The position numbers and the translations under genes were made by a program. A DNA stretch of 64,000 nucleotides from Octopus sinensis (Eukaryota), in contig NC_042999.1 of the NCBI RefSeq assembly GCF_006345805.1, positions 95,170,001-95,234,000 of the forward strand. Reading direction: 5' to 3'. Under the pieces are notes generated by a model. The model saw nothing but the letters and a program-made list of their open reading frames with translations, ran no database searches and had not been told where the DNA came from. Positions 1 to 13,687 of this stretch are shown in pieces; within the stretch, counting starts at the first letter, position 1, and every line of letters begins with the position of its first letter.

Positions 1-109
1 CAAATTTCATACTTGATGACCTAATAGTAGAGTTGACTGATGTGACAACATTGAGCTTCAGAGATGAGATGATGCAAGATTGTAACATTGTATTGCAGAT
101 CAAGCCAAT

Positions 110-465
110 TGATGATGATGGGGTGGAGGTGATGGTGGTGGTGGTGACGGTTGCAGCAGCAGGGTGGGGTGGGGTTGGTTGATGGCAGTGGTGGGTGGTG
201 GTGATGGAGGTGGTGGGTGGGGTGTGAAAACAGTGGTGGCAGTAGCAACAGTAGTGGTGATGGTGGTGGTGATTTTGACAGAAAGTGTAACAGTTGTGGT
301 GACAGCAACATTGACATTGGGTGTTGTAGTGATGGTAGTGCAACTGCTAGTGATGGTGCTAGAGACCTTTGTAGTGGTTATTGGTTGTGGTGTTTGTGTT
401 AGCAGTGATGATGATGATGGTGGTGGTGGTGATGATGTAATGACTATATTAAGAATGGTAGACTG
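110..465. repeat. Degenerate (GGT)n/(GAT)n low-complexity tract
   Basis: Imperfect GGT/GAT triplet runs. They produce Thr/Pro/His- or Val/Gly-rich ORFs on both strands with no recognisable domain. Confidence 0.7.
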
Positions 466-2310
466 AGACATAATTGACTGACTATTTTGTAATAATCTTA
501 ACTACATTTATTTAGTGAAGTTACTTATGTGAGTAATCATGGGACTTATTTACCAGGTCACAGATTTATAGGAGAAATTAATGAGATTCTATAATATTTA
601 TGCCTCTTTCAAAAGCATTTATACCATTAGAAATTAAAAGTTGCTTACAGAATGAGTCTCCCAGACACTTACCTGTAATCAACTTATTTCTAATTTCACA
701 CTATTGTGAATATTAGTTTCTCAAGAATACACAGAAATCTGAGACTATTGAAGACTTGACTGGGCAGGGAAAATTTTATAAGTGTCTAAAAGATAGAAAA
801 AGATGTTTGAATAAATAATTTCATTGCAGACAGATTTAGCCATAATTATGTAAATTAATTTCAGCAACAAGATTAAAATTTGTCAGGAAGTGTACAGTCA
901 TTTGGTTTAATATGCCCAGAGGTCATTTTTGGAAACATTATAGCCAATTCCATAATTTAGTATTTCTTTTAAAATTCCTGTCAGGTTTAGTAATATGATG
1001 AGATGTCAGGCGCTGGATTGCTAGAAGCAAACTAGACAAAACAAAAGAAATGTGTACATTCTACAACTCTTTTGGTTGTAGTTTAGTCCCAGTTTCCTCA
1101 AACTGAGGAAACCTAGGGCCAAAAGCATCTTGTGACTAAGCTCTCATTTAGTCACAGGTCCATCCCATTTGAGCAAACCTATGATCAGAAGTGCTATAAT
1201 TAAGACTTCTTTTTAAATCAATGTATCTAATACTGCATTATTCAGTACAATATTTGATATCATTTTCAAGATGGAAAAGGGCAATGTAAAAAAAATTTGA
1301 CTGTTATTTTTTGCAGCTTCAGTAATCACATAGTCACCCCTTTGTTGGCTTATAACTTTCTCTCTTGCTGTACGAACCCTTACCAGTAGATATAACGAGC
1401 AAGTACATTTTATTTAATTTATATACTCAAATGTTCCACTGGCAATCATGAGATCATGGATTCAAGTGGGCGGTGCACTGTATTTTTGATCAAAACATAT
1501 CATCTCACATTGCTCAGTGATCGCTTCAATATCTGATGTATGACATACTGTGCACTTGTTCAGGCAAAATCGATTTGATGGAGAGAGTGAACAAATGTAC
1601 GGCCTTTGTTCACTATAAACAAATCATTTGTGCAGGTTGTTAAGCAAGAAACTGCAGAACTGTCTTTCTTTGACTTAAGAGACTATCATCAAATATACTC
1701 AAACATGTTATATTATTAGTCATGGTATTTGATATCCAAATATAATGTTGGAAGAAGTCCAGCTTTTGGTTTAATGTTAAAAGTTGAGGATATACATATC
1801 AGCTTGAAAATTTCATAAGGTTTCTCAAATACTTTAAATCATTATTTCATTATTTCTTTCAATTTACTCAGTAATTAAATCCTGGATTAAGAAATTAGAC
1901 AATTTAAAAGATAGAAAAGGTAATTTTGTTTACCTGACCAACACCAAGTTATAGTTCTCTTGTGATGATCAACTTTGCGAATAATATTCATCTACATATG
2001 ATATTTTAATTTTTCAGTTATTAGATTTAGTTTTTAATGAAGTAGACTGAGACATCTTTTAGCTCTTTCAGTCACTGGACTATGGTCATGCTGGGGCATT
2101 ACTTTGAAGAGTTTAGTCAAATAAATCTAACCCAGTACTTATTTTTTAAGTTTGGTACATATACTATGGGTTTTGTTTGATAACTTATAGGAAGAAAAAC
2201 AACACCAGTTATCAAGTGGGGCACAGGGTGATAAACAATAAAGACAAAGATACACACACATGCATATGCATACATATACATACATACAACATACATACAT
2301 ACATACATAC

Positions 2311-2791
2311 ACCAAAGAAGACTTGGGATGAGGTAGCACAGCTTGATCTTCAAACCTTGGGTTCATGGAAGCAATAACTAGTGACTGAGACCTTCGGCAA
2401 TATGCCATACTTCAGAAGACCCATCAAGCCCAGTGAAATCATAATCGTGGCCATTGTCAGTGTCATGTAACTGGCACCCGTGCTGGTGACACATAAAAAG
2501 CATCTTTCGAGCATTGGGCCTCACAGAGACAATGACAGATGACAGAGACCTTTGGCAAAATGCCAAGGGAAATCATAGTCATGGCAAGTACTGGTGTCAC
2601 GTAACTGGCATCCATGCTGGTAGCACATAAAAGCACCCATTACACTCTCAGAATGGTTAGCATTAGGAAGGGTATCCAGCCATGGAAACCATGCCAAATC
2701 AAACTGGAGTCTAGTGCAGCCCCTCAGCTTACCAGCCCATGCCATCCAACCCATACCAGCATGGACAACAGATGTTAAATGATGATGATGA
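2311..2791 (+). mobile_element. Old 5'-truncated RTE LINE 3' fragment with (GAT)n tail
   Basis: Translates PKKTWDEVAQLDLQTLG (cf. PRKTLDEVVKHDLRTLG in the intact copy). Has the shared terminal 3' UTR block and a GAT tail at 2780-2791. Confidence 0.85.
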
Positions 2792-4172
2792 CACACTACA
2801 GGCTTCCTCACAGTTTCTGTCAACCAAATTCACTCAGAAAGCATTGGTCAGTCTTGTCTATAGTAGAAAGCACTTACTCATTGTCATCTTGGTGCATAAA
2901 TCAACCTACTTTTTCGACTAAACTTTTATCTGAAAAAAATTGACTTCTATGCTAGAAAATATGGAAGTAGTCCATTAAACTGAGTACAGAGCTCAACATA
3001 GGTAGTATGCAGAATTTATTTCTTATGACATTAGCGTATATTAGATTTCCTATAAGTGTTAACCTTAAATATATATAAATGAATATTTTAAAATTATTTT
3101 CTGGCTCACAGTCATGCCATCTTCTGTCCCACAGAGAAACAGTTACCATATTCAGTGAGTAACCAGAGTGAAATTGTAATGTCTTTCTTAATGCAACTCA
3201 CATGCTTAGTATTATGTTTTCTAGAGAGCAATGTGCAAATCTGTGGATTAAACATATCTTAGTGTATGTTTTATTATTTTGTCTGAAGAATGAGTCATCA
3301 AAACACTTACATCCTCATTTCACCAAAATTAAGTTCCTTCTAAATGCAGTGGAAATATCAATTTCAAATTTTGGCACAAAGCCAGAAATTTCAGAGGAAG
3401 GATAATTTAGTTACTTCAATCCCAGTGCTGAACTAGTACCTATTTTTATTGACCTCCTAAAAGGATGAAGGACAAAGTAAATTCAATGGAATTTCGAACT
3501 CAAAATGTAAAAACTAACAAAATGCCATTTTAAATGTAGTGGAAATATTATTTTAAACTTATGTAATTGTTCATTAGTACCTGTTTCCCATCTTGAACAG
3601 ACATTTTAGTAGTTTGACTGAAAAAGAATGGCAGCGCGTATCTTTTCCAGCTCTTTCTAGCATATCTTTAGCGTGTAGCTATTGTCTAGTTTGAACCATC
3701 TAAATCTTGTAACTGTAACAAACAGTAGTTTGAATTACTATAAGTTGGTTACAAGATTTAGAAAGAAAAACAGATTTAAAGACAGCTTAACAGAAAAAGG
3801 ATTATGTAAGCTAGGTGTTCAAGTGAGTTAGGGTCATAAAGGGAGGAGGGAGTAATGGTATTAGTTGGAGATGAGTTCAGAGAGAAAACACAGAGAAACA
3901 TCAGTTGCTTAGTAACTGTATAAGAACAAGAAATGATATTACTGAATGTTGCCTATTAACAAACAACCATTTTAAGAGGATAGCATCTTATCTATGTTAC
4001 TTGAATCAGAGTTTTATATGGCATATACATATATATATATGCATTTATATTTACACACACACATACAAATTATATATATTTATATATATATATATATATA
4101 TATCTGTGTGTGTATTACATATATATAAATGCATATATATTTACATACATATATATCTATATATATCTATAT

Positions 4173-4247
4173 ATCAGCATGGCTGCAGCTAAAAGTGGTA
4201 CATCAGCATGGTCGCAGCTTAACAGCGGTGCATCAGCATGGCTGCAG
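4173..4247 (+). repeat. Three ~30-bp tandem copies of a SINE 3' segment (catcagcatggctgcagct...)
   Basis: Units start near 4173, 4202 and 4232. They match ggtgctccagcatggccgcagtc in the SINE at 26584-26605. Confidence 0.7.
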
Positions 4248-4537
4248 TTCTGAGCTGGAACTACAGAAAAAATATATATATATGTGTCTATGTGTGTGTG
4301 TGTGTGTGTGTTACATGCATACATATATATATTTCTACATACATACACATTTATATATATATATATCTTTATATATGTATATCTGTATGTATACGTATAT
4401 ATATATATATATATATATATATTACGTTTATTGGCTAAACTGGCAAAATGACCATTCCAAAACACAACAATATATATATATACATATATAATATACTCAG
4501 AAATGGATGCGTGGGTATTCAATCATATAATAATATA

Positions 4538-4584
<47 letters not shown>

Positions 4585-4602
4585 CATATATGTACATATA
4601 TA

Positions 4603-4657
4603 CATCATCATCATCATCGTTTAATGTCCGTTTTCCGTGCTAGCACAGGTTGGACAG
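4603..4657 (-). mobile_element. Tail-only (~55 bp) RTE-family insertion inside a (TA)n tract
   Basis: (CAT)n-cgtttaatgtccgttttccgtgctagcacaggttggacag matches the last ~50 bp of the LINE at 27829-27890. It is flanked by TA repeats. Confidence 0.85.
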
Positions 4658-4822
4658 TATATATATATATATGCATATATGGGCACAGGGTGTCACAAAA
4701 CATGAAATACGAAATATGAAGACAAACTTGGGAATGTGAACAACAAGAGAAACAATTGGAAAACCAGACAAGTAACATAAAGAATGACTCTTTATCAGTT
4801 GTTGTCTGTCCATCTAATCCTC

Positions 4823-5153
4823 ATTTCGAGCAATTAATGACAATATGAGACTTCAAAAAGGCAGTTGCTCCTGTGAACCAAAATAAATTTGGGATTTGTG
4901 GAGGGTCAAAGTTGGTAACAAAAACAGGATAGTGGAGACATACAACAAACCAAACGAAAACAAGGTAGCATTTGCTACCTTACCTCGTCTGGCCTAATGT
5001 TTGTTTTTGTTTGTTTACGTTTGGTTAGTTGTATGTCTCCACTGTCCTGTTTTTTGTTACCAGCTTTGACCCTCCACAAATCCAAAATTTTTATTTTGGT
5101 TCATGGGAGCAACCACCTTTTCGAAGCCTCATATTGTTGTTAATTGCTTGAAA
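4823..5153. repeat. Long inverted repeat (arms ~4823-4963 and ~5011-5153), probably two opposed copies of a Penelope-type terminal repeat
   Basis: The reverse complement of the right arm aligns to the left arm over ~140 bp with scattered mismatches. Confidence 0.9.
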
Positions 5154-5869
5154 TTAAAACTGAGAATAAACTAAAACTCAGTTTTAGTTTATACACAACT
5201 AGACTCAACAACATTCTTTAGTATGCTCTCAATTTTTGATAAGGATAAAATATGCATATCCCAGTTTCGTTATCTGCTATTTCCTTCATCAATTCTTCTA
5301 TAATAATAATAATTCCTGTTGTATGCTTTTTGCACTGAGAACAGTGATATGTAATTAATTTAATTTAATCAAATTAATTTTAATTATTCTATCATGTTAT
5401 TTACATGTTAATATCACTGTTCGAAATGATTGTATGCATGTATTAAAATTCTTTTATATTTCAACATCTTCTCTTTTCCATCTTTTAACATACTTGTTGG
5501 TTTCTATGGGATACCTTTCCATAAATTTTCATAACACACCATATAGATGTAATAATAATTTCCTATTCACAAAAATCTTATGCCAGTAAGCTACCAGCAA
5601 AATATGAAGACTCTTTGCTAGAAATTACCCTTTGGAACCCTCCAAAGTAAAGGATGAAATACATACATACATACATACATACATACATACATACATACAG
5701 AAATACACACAAACTCACACATATGCATGAACACAGGCATATACAATGATATATATTTGCAATATACCTAGCCAGTGATGTGATTTGGTCATGGTGATAT
5801 ACAGAATGTATAGTTGATGTGAAAGCCAATCAGAGAATGAGATGTCTAAAGAAAAACAAAAGATGGGAA

Positions 5870-6060
5870 GAAGTTTCAAAGTACTGTTATTCTTGAGAAG
5901 AACTTTCCAAAATGTTTTGGAAAAATAGAGTGAGGAGACAGAAAGTAATGAATATAGAGTACATCTATCAAATTTTCATAGAATCAAGGGTTGAAGGTAG
6001 AAAATCTGAAGGAAGAGCACTGAACATGCAAAGACAAGAGATTGGAAGAGATGAATCACA
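5870..6060 (+). mobile_element. Possible highly decayed RTE/BovB-type LINE C-terminus
   Basis: IESRVEGRKSEGR resembles the GKIEGKRxRGR motif that ends RTE ORFs. The match is weak. Confidence 0.4.
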
Positions 6061-7224
6061 CATAAAAAAAGATAATGTTAGTTCAGTAAAGCTGTAACAA
6101 ATTTTTTTTAAAAATCAATATTATTTTTAAAATGTTAAATACAAGAAAGATTTTGTATCAAATGGCTCTTGTAAAATGAGACAATCCCAGATTTTGCATG
6201 TTATGTTATGTTAAATTAATAATTGCCAATCCAGATGAAGTGAAATCCTAGACTGGTTATTAACTAAACCTTCATGAAATAGATAGTTTTGCATTACATT
6301 GTACAGCATGAAGATTGAGATGTGATTAGTGGTATTTTGGCAGCTCACATTAACAAAAATGTAGCCTAGTTTATTATGACACATACTAGTATTAACTGCA
6401 GTAACTGCAAGGTTAGATTATTTAGCACAATTATGATTTCAAACCTCATCACATCAGAGATGAAGAGTAAAATGAACCTTAATGTGATTTGAATGAAAAA
6501 CAATAATATACCACAAGTGGATAGAGTTGAGGATTTGTTCTGTCACTCAAGTGTACTTCTCTGAAAAGTATATTGAGACTGTAAATTATTCATCCTAGCA
6601 TTTTACAGACTTAGCTATTTACACTCTTATGGAAAAATATTGTGATAAACAGACTCCTCAAAAATGAATCTTACCAAAATGAAAAGTTTTCAACCTATCT
6701 GTGAATTTCAAGAAAATAATACATTTAGAACAGCACATTATTGAGCTTTGACTGCTTGGCAGTAATTTACAGTGCACAGGTACAGTTGTAAATGTTTATA
6801 TAACAGTTACTCAAATTTACACCCAACCTTTGCCTTTAAGAAACATGATAACCAACATTCAAAGCCCCTTGCCTGGTAAACAAGCTATTGATAGAGCTGG
6901 AATACAATAGAATTCCAGCTACCACAGAGTAGCAGAAGATTCACTGAATTAGTTATCCTCTATGTAAACAACTTTTATTTATGAATGTACACATATGAAC
7001 ATGTGTGTTGTGCGTATCTGTATGCTTTTATGTTTGTAACACTAGTGTACCATGACACTTATTTCTTTAATTATCTTTGCATATATAAACATATGTAAAT
7101 GTTTATATATCACTATATCAGTAATATTTATATGCACATATTGTGTGTGTGTGTGTGTGTGTGTGATTTGATGTTATATCATCAGTGGTGAAATAAAATA
7201 GCAAGAACATAGTAAGTAGAATAG

Positions 7225-7415
7225 TACAATGGTATTATATGAAGAACAATATACTGACATTATGTAAAGAGCAATATACTGATTTAATAAAAGAAAATCA
7301 TGTTAAAATGACATTGTATAAAGAATAATATCTGGCATTATAGTAAAGAACAATATAATGATGTTATAGAAAGAACAACATAATGGTATTATATAAAGAA
7401 AATATAATAGCTTTA
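7225..7415. repeat. Degenerate ~26-bp minisatellite (aaagaacaatatactgacattat..)
   Basis: About 7 diverged tandem units are visible by eye. Confidence 0.65.
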
Positions 7416-8987
7416 TTACTGAATTCAGAATCTTTTATACAGAAATCATACGAAAAGATTATGTAGCTCAATAACCCAGCTGTTAAAATTTTGGCAGCTC
7501 ACCATTGCATGTATGTATGCTTGAGTATTTATGTTTTTATATGTAAGTATTCATGTATGCATATACATGTGTGAGTATAAAACTACACACGTGTTCAGTT
7601 GCTACAAAATTTTTCGTTTATATTCATGTGTATATAAATGTAAAATGTTTGTGTATATTAGTGATATGTTTTTGATAAGGATGGTAAAACAGTGCGTGTT
7701 GAATATCAAGGTATGTTAAACTTGTATGTTTCTGTTTTTTTTTTTTCTCCCTTTTTTCATTCTTTCATTTTGCATACAAAAGTAGGTTAGCTGAATGGAT
7801 AAGAGGTGAGACCACCTGCTCATAAATCTAAAGTTCTCTCCTTTGGCACCCTTATTAAGAATAATCATTAATGCTAATGACTGATCTTCTCATTACAGCT
7901 GTAATTTTAATGTATTAAGCATTATTTTGCTTCACTACATATTAATCCACACTTAACAATATGTTCTTCATGAAGCTGGTACTCCTGGGAAATTTTCTAC
8001 TACTTTACCTGTTCATAGGTTGTAAGTTCAAATCTAAGACAGGCATTTCAAAGTACTTTTGAATGAAACATTATATGCTATATTTCTCCTGACAATGTAT
8101 TTGTTTGGTTATATATATATACATATATATATACCAGATCAATCTGGTGTATCTGTTACCTATGATAGAATTATGACATAGCCAAAGGAAGACTTATCTC
8201 TACTGCTTCACATAGTGAAGCCAAAGTTAAGCACCGATTCTCAAAAGCTCTTTTGATTTGGAAATATTCACTATTTTATATCTATTTTCAATACTAAACA
8301 TGAGAAAATTAATTTCTTTGTTTGAGCAATGTGATACTAGATTTAAAGCAAAGTATCATTTGTATTGATAATTTTTCTACTGTGAAGAAGAAGAAAAATT
8401 CATCTTGGATAGTCCAGCAAACTGGAGTCACTAAACACATGGGTGTTGGCTAGAAGTACAGCATGGTAGTTGTTATAAAATTTGGACATATAACCACACG
8501 ACCTGTAGGCCAGCACATTAACATTACTACAATTACTTTTGCCGGGGAAAATTAATTTGTCTTATAAGGTGTTAAAAGCCCAGTTCAATCAGCCTTATTG
8601 ATTAAACTAGCTGTATAACTATACAGAATCTTGTATGTATGTATGTATGTATGTATGCATGTATGCATGTATGTATGTATGTATGCATGCATGTATGCAT
8701 GCATGTGTGTGTGTGCATGAAATGCGTATGCATGTGTGTGTTTGTGTGTGTGCCTGTATATTTGTATGTGTGTAATTAAAATTTCAAAACTCAGATAAAG
8801 AATTCGTGTAACTAACTTCAAAATGAGGTGAGGGCGACTGCCAATACATTATAATGATCTGTTTTTACAATAAACTGGTCTTTATAATGTATATGTATGT
8901 GGTTATGTTTGTGTATGAGAATGTATTAGTATGTGTGTGTGTGTGTTTATATATATATATATATATATATATAAACATACATTCATA

Positions 8988-9150
8988 GGCATTGCTGTGT
9001 GGTAAGAATGTTGCTTCTCAAGCACATGGTTCTAGCTTCAGTCCCACTGTGTGGTACCTTGGGAAAATATCTTCTACTATAGCCTCAGGCCAATCAAAAC
9101 CTTGTGAGAGGATTTAGCAGACAAAAACGGAAAGAAGCCCATCATATAAC
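8988..9150 (+). mobile_element. tRNA-derived CORE-type SINE, 5' half, diverged
   Basis: Aligns to the head and core of the full copy at 26230-26638 (gctgtgtggtaag...cccactg.gtgg.accttggg.aa.t.tcttctactatagcc). Confidence 0.8.
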
Positions 9151-9580
9151 TGTGTATGTGTGTGTCTATCTATGATGTATAATTTATAAATTTTAATTCT
9201 TAATATTACAAAGTAAAGAGTTTTATTCTTAATTTTTCATTCGTAATTTTTAATCTTTAATGCTTAATTGTATTGCTTATTTTTAAAGGGATGTAAAATT
9301 AGATATATATTATTTTGAAATAGGACCTGAAGATGTGTTGGAATAGTGGTGGTTTAATAAAGTATGTGATTGAGTATTATCTGGTAATTGAAATTTGATT
9401 TAGATGTATTTCTCCATTTTCTTATTAGTAATTTGTGGTAAATCATTTTACCTTCGCCCATATAATACAGTAAATGAATTGATTGCATTGCAATCCTTAA
9501 CATTTATGTATTAACTTTGTTGGGTACTTCACTAGCAGTATATTGGATATATGTTATCCCATTTATATATATATATATAT

Positions 9581-9617
<37 letters not shown>

Positions 9618-10043
9618 ATACAGTTGTGTATATGTATATATATTGTAATCTTCCAATACTGAAACATGTGTAGTTCCTTCATATTTAATAGATATAAGTA
9701 TTAACTAAAGTATGATATAATTAATGAAGTGTATTATATACTCAGCTGGTAATTTTGGTTATAGCCTTAAAGTATCATTTTGTGTTGTGCAAACTGATAC
9801 CATGAGATTACTGTTAAACATACTCATTATATTATTATTGTATTGTCTGAAATAGAATACCTGCATATCGATTAATCCCCCAAAATTGAATATTGACTTT
9901 TATCAGATAATTTTGTATATTTTTAGAAAATATATATAAATATACGATAAATAAGACCCCAAAGTATGATATGTAGATGCATATAATGCTGCAGTGTTAC
10001 ACCTGATTGATTTGGAAATTTGTTTTCCCAAATTATTTATATA

Positions 10044-10139
<96 letters not shown>

Positions 10140-11169
10140 TTTATTCATAAACATGTATACACACACACACATATATATGTGTGTGTATGTATGCATACTT
10201 ACTTCATGATATTCAATTTATATATTCCATGGAATACTGAAATTGTTTTCTATTTCTCTACAATTCAGATATACACCAGTGTATTATATGTATACCAGTG
10301 GTATACTTTTGTCTACTGAAAAACAAAGTTCTGAACATTATATAAAGGTAAGATTGCATTGTATTTTATAAATCAATTTTCAGATATACTGTATATGTAT
10401 GTATGTACATACAACAATTAATTATACATGACACATCACAACATATCACAGAATATATACTTTTTTCTACATGTAACCATACTTGTGTCTGACTTAGAGT
10501 TTGGATTAAAACTCACTTTCATGAGAACATGCAATTAGTAACTGAAATACCACAATTAAATTTTGAATTTCCTCATGATATCACCCATTTATTAGCTGTA
10601 ATATAAGTGGAATAGTAATTAACCACTGCTCTTACTGCCTCTTCTCTTTTGACGTTGCGCCCTCTCTAAATATTTCTGTCTTTTTCAATCTATAGTCTCT
10701 CCCTGTAGATATCTCTCCCTCTCTCTCTCTCTCACACTTGCTCACTCTCTCATACTCTCTCTCTCTCTTTCTTTTCTTTCTTTCTCACTCTCTTGTATTC
10801 TCTCTCTTTCTTTCTCTCTCTCTCTCTTACTTTTTCTCTCTCTTTGTTGTTTTTACATGTCTGACATTGTCATTTTGACCTGGCTCTTCATGTTTGACAC
10901 TGCATTATCAAATTGTCCATTATAGCCTTGGTGCCCTTTGAGTTGAGTGACCACAAAGAGATTCCTCATTGAGGGGTGAGTGGAGTAGGCACATTACACA
11001 ACTTTCAGGCCTATGTGCACCTTTAGAAGAATTTGATCTGTTGAAAGCATTTGGACTGGTACTGGGTCAAAAACAGGCTGAGACTATTACAAACAATAAA
11101 AGCATGTGCATAAAGTACCGAGAGAAGAAAGACAACACAAAGATTTTTCAACACTTACCTAAACTAATT

Positions 11170-12600
11170 TTCTAACAAAATTACATCAATTTGGAGGAAC
11201 ATAGGATTAGGCTAATACTGTAGTAGTAATAAATTTATTTAAAGGTTTCAAAAATAAAAGATATTTTAAATTTATACTAATAGGTATTTCTAGCTACTAC
11301 TCCTCTGTTAAATTTATTCTTCTCAATAGATCTCTAATTATCACAATGTAAAACTCTAAATTATCTAGACAAGAAGTAGATACTATATTAGCAACTATGG
11401 AAACTATTATTGAACTCAAAGGTAATTCTGAACTTGAAAAGACAGACCTAATAATTTTGATATAACCATGGGTTTGAGTGACTTGGCAAAGGCTACTGAT
11501 TTAGTTGGTATATAGATATTATACAACATTAAAAAGGAGTTCCTGGAAATAGCGGGTGATGTATATAGGATCAATGAAGCTTTACCTTTTATAACTGCAG
11601 TTACATGAAACTCAAGAGGAATAGAAACAAACTAAACACTTTCTTCAAAAACATAAGACTATCTATAAATTAAGAAATATCTGTAAGGTAATTAATTTCT
11701 TAGATATAACATTAGAACTTAAAGCTGACCAGCAAGAATCCAGAATTCATTAACAAAAATTTCAGCCAAGCTGGATCAGTAATTAAGTCTATTATTAGAA
11801 GGATCTCATCTTAAATATCCAAGTTAATGACATTTTCTTCAAAAATGTGGAATGCTATAATGTAACTTTATCAAGCACTGGATATACTGAAATTATTCAA
11901 TATATCCCAGGTAACAAGGATTTAGAAATGTGCAAAGATTACGGGTCATATTCACAAATGTATACACATTGTAATACATCCAGTGTGGGAAATTTTAATT
12001 ACAATAGCAACAACAATTGCAAGTATACTATTAATCTACTGCTTGAATATGGACTAAAACTAATATAAAGCATTGAAAACAACACAAAGAATCAATAATC
12101 CCTGTGGACAGTACCAAAACTTTTTTTCGAATTAGTGGTACCAACCTGCTAAAAAATTTTATATCTTTCCTTAGAAGCCCTAAGCATGATTTGGATGACA
12201 TAGGTAATAGGCTTCAATTTAGCAGAAGTAGTAAATATACATAGTACAAGCTATATTCGAATATAATGACCATACCTCATATGACTGCAGGGGACAGGGC
12301 AATTGAATTTAAAGTGAACTCAACAACACTCAATAACAATAAAACAAGTGAATGCAGGTTATGTAAGAGAAATATTATGTGGTTCCACTCTCACCTTTGG
12401 ACTTCATATAGCCTTAGATATTCCAGGAATTTTCTTTAAGGTATTGGAGAAGCACTTTTCCCCTCACTAATGGATATAGCAATATCTCTATTAGACATAC
12501 AGAAAAATTTGCATACTCCATCACACCTAATTTAGCTGGTAATACAGCAGCAAATAACAATAAAAAAATGTATGTATGTATAAAGCAACCCAACTTTATC
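11170..12600 (+). mobile_element. Decayed Penelope-like element, reverse transcriptase to linker region
   Basis: Manual translation across stops and frameshifts gives PLE motifs in order: NTVVVINLFKGFKNK..FIL, FDITMG...DLVGI (11456), INFLDITLEL (11688), IIRRIS, YNVTLSSTGY, KRNIMWF (12365), LEKHF, AYSITPN..NNKK. Confidence 0.8.
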
Positions 12601-12719
12601 ATTAACACCAACACCTTCTTAATGATAAACAACAACAACTGTATTTACAAAATAAGCAACGTTATCAAAAATAGTTTACAATGACTTAAATTAATGTGGT
12701 ACTCTATTGCACTTTAAAA

Positions 12720-13200
12720 GTTGAATGAGGATTGATTTAGGACTAAACAGCAACGCATTTAAGAACATTTATATGACAATTTGCTTAGAAGGAAAGGTGG
12801 AACTTCTAGCAAAAAATACCCTTTCTTATTTGTAAAGCTTGGTTTGAAAGTTTGAAGTACTTAAACTTGCATAACATAAAAGTGACCAGTGAAGCTGCCA
12901 CAGCTGACATAGAGGCTGTTGCTAATTATCCTGAGCAGCTGAGGAAAATGATTGCTGAAAGGAAGTTAATTACCAGAGCATGTGCAATATACAATGCTGA
13001 TGAAATTGCAATTTTCTGCAAGTGCATACCTGCAAGGAATTAAATTTCTCGAAAAGAAAAATTAACACAGAGATTTAAAGCTTCCAAAAATCCTCTTTTA
13101 CAATGAACTCAGTTCCTACACTGATCTGTACAAAAGGAAGATGTGCCATAAACATCAAACCAGCTTGAACAAGTTCATCATCCTTCAAACAGATATTGAT
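12720..13200 (+). mobile_element. Tigger-like (pogo) transposase relic, internally deleted
   Basis: KAWFESLKYLNLHNIKVTSEAATADIEAVANYPEQLRKMI...IYNADE..FCKCIPARN*ISRKEK...FKASK follows Tigger1-type LHNIKVQGEAASAD..YPE.L..FN.DET..KMP.RT.I..EEK..GFKASK. A C-terminal QTSLNKF lies near 13155. Confidence 0.85.
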
Positions 13201-13656
13201 GATGATGATGATAAACTTCTCACTATTTCACATTTCACCACCATCCCTCACAGAGTTGTGAACATCTTTTGTGGCTAGAATATACCTAATTATGATATTG
13301 CAATTCTTATTTATTCTTTAACATATTTCTTTTCAAATGTTTGTATATATATACATCATACTATACTTGTTTTGAAATTGTTATTTTCATACTTAAAATT
13401 GGTTGCATTACTAATTTTGCTATTGCTGTTGCTTTCCAAAAAAAATCCATTGGAACACATCTTGCTTTATCACATGAAAATCAGTGGCAGAATTAATTTT
13501 GTATTAACAGATTTCACATTACTTGAAAATTTTCAGGAAAGTATTACTTTTAAAACATGAGGGACACACACACACACATACACATACACAAATACATGCA
13601 TGTACGCATGCATGCATGCATGCATACATACATACATACATACATACATACATACA

Positions 13657-13687
<31 letters not shown>

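Noticed and set aside
100-471. Thr/Pro-rich 123-aa ORF as a mucin-like gene
   Set aside because: It is explained by a degenerate ACC/ATC triplet tract that gives ORFs on both strands. There is no signal peptide, domain or clear splice context.
4823-5153. Hammerhead motif in the first inverted repeat
   Set aside because: A gagcaa/ttgctc stem before GAAA is present, but no recognisable CUGANGA core or stem I.
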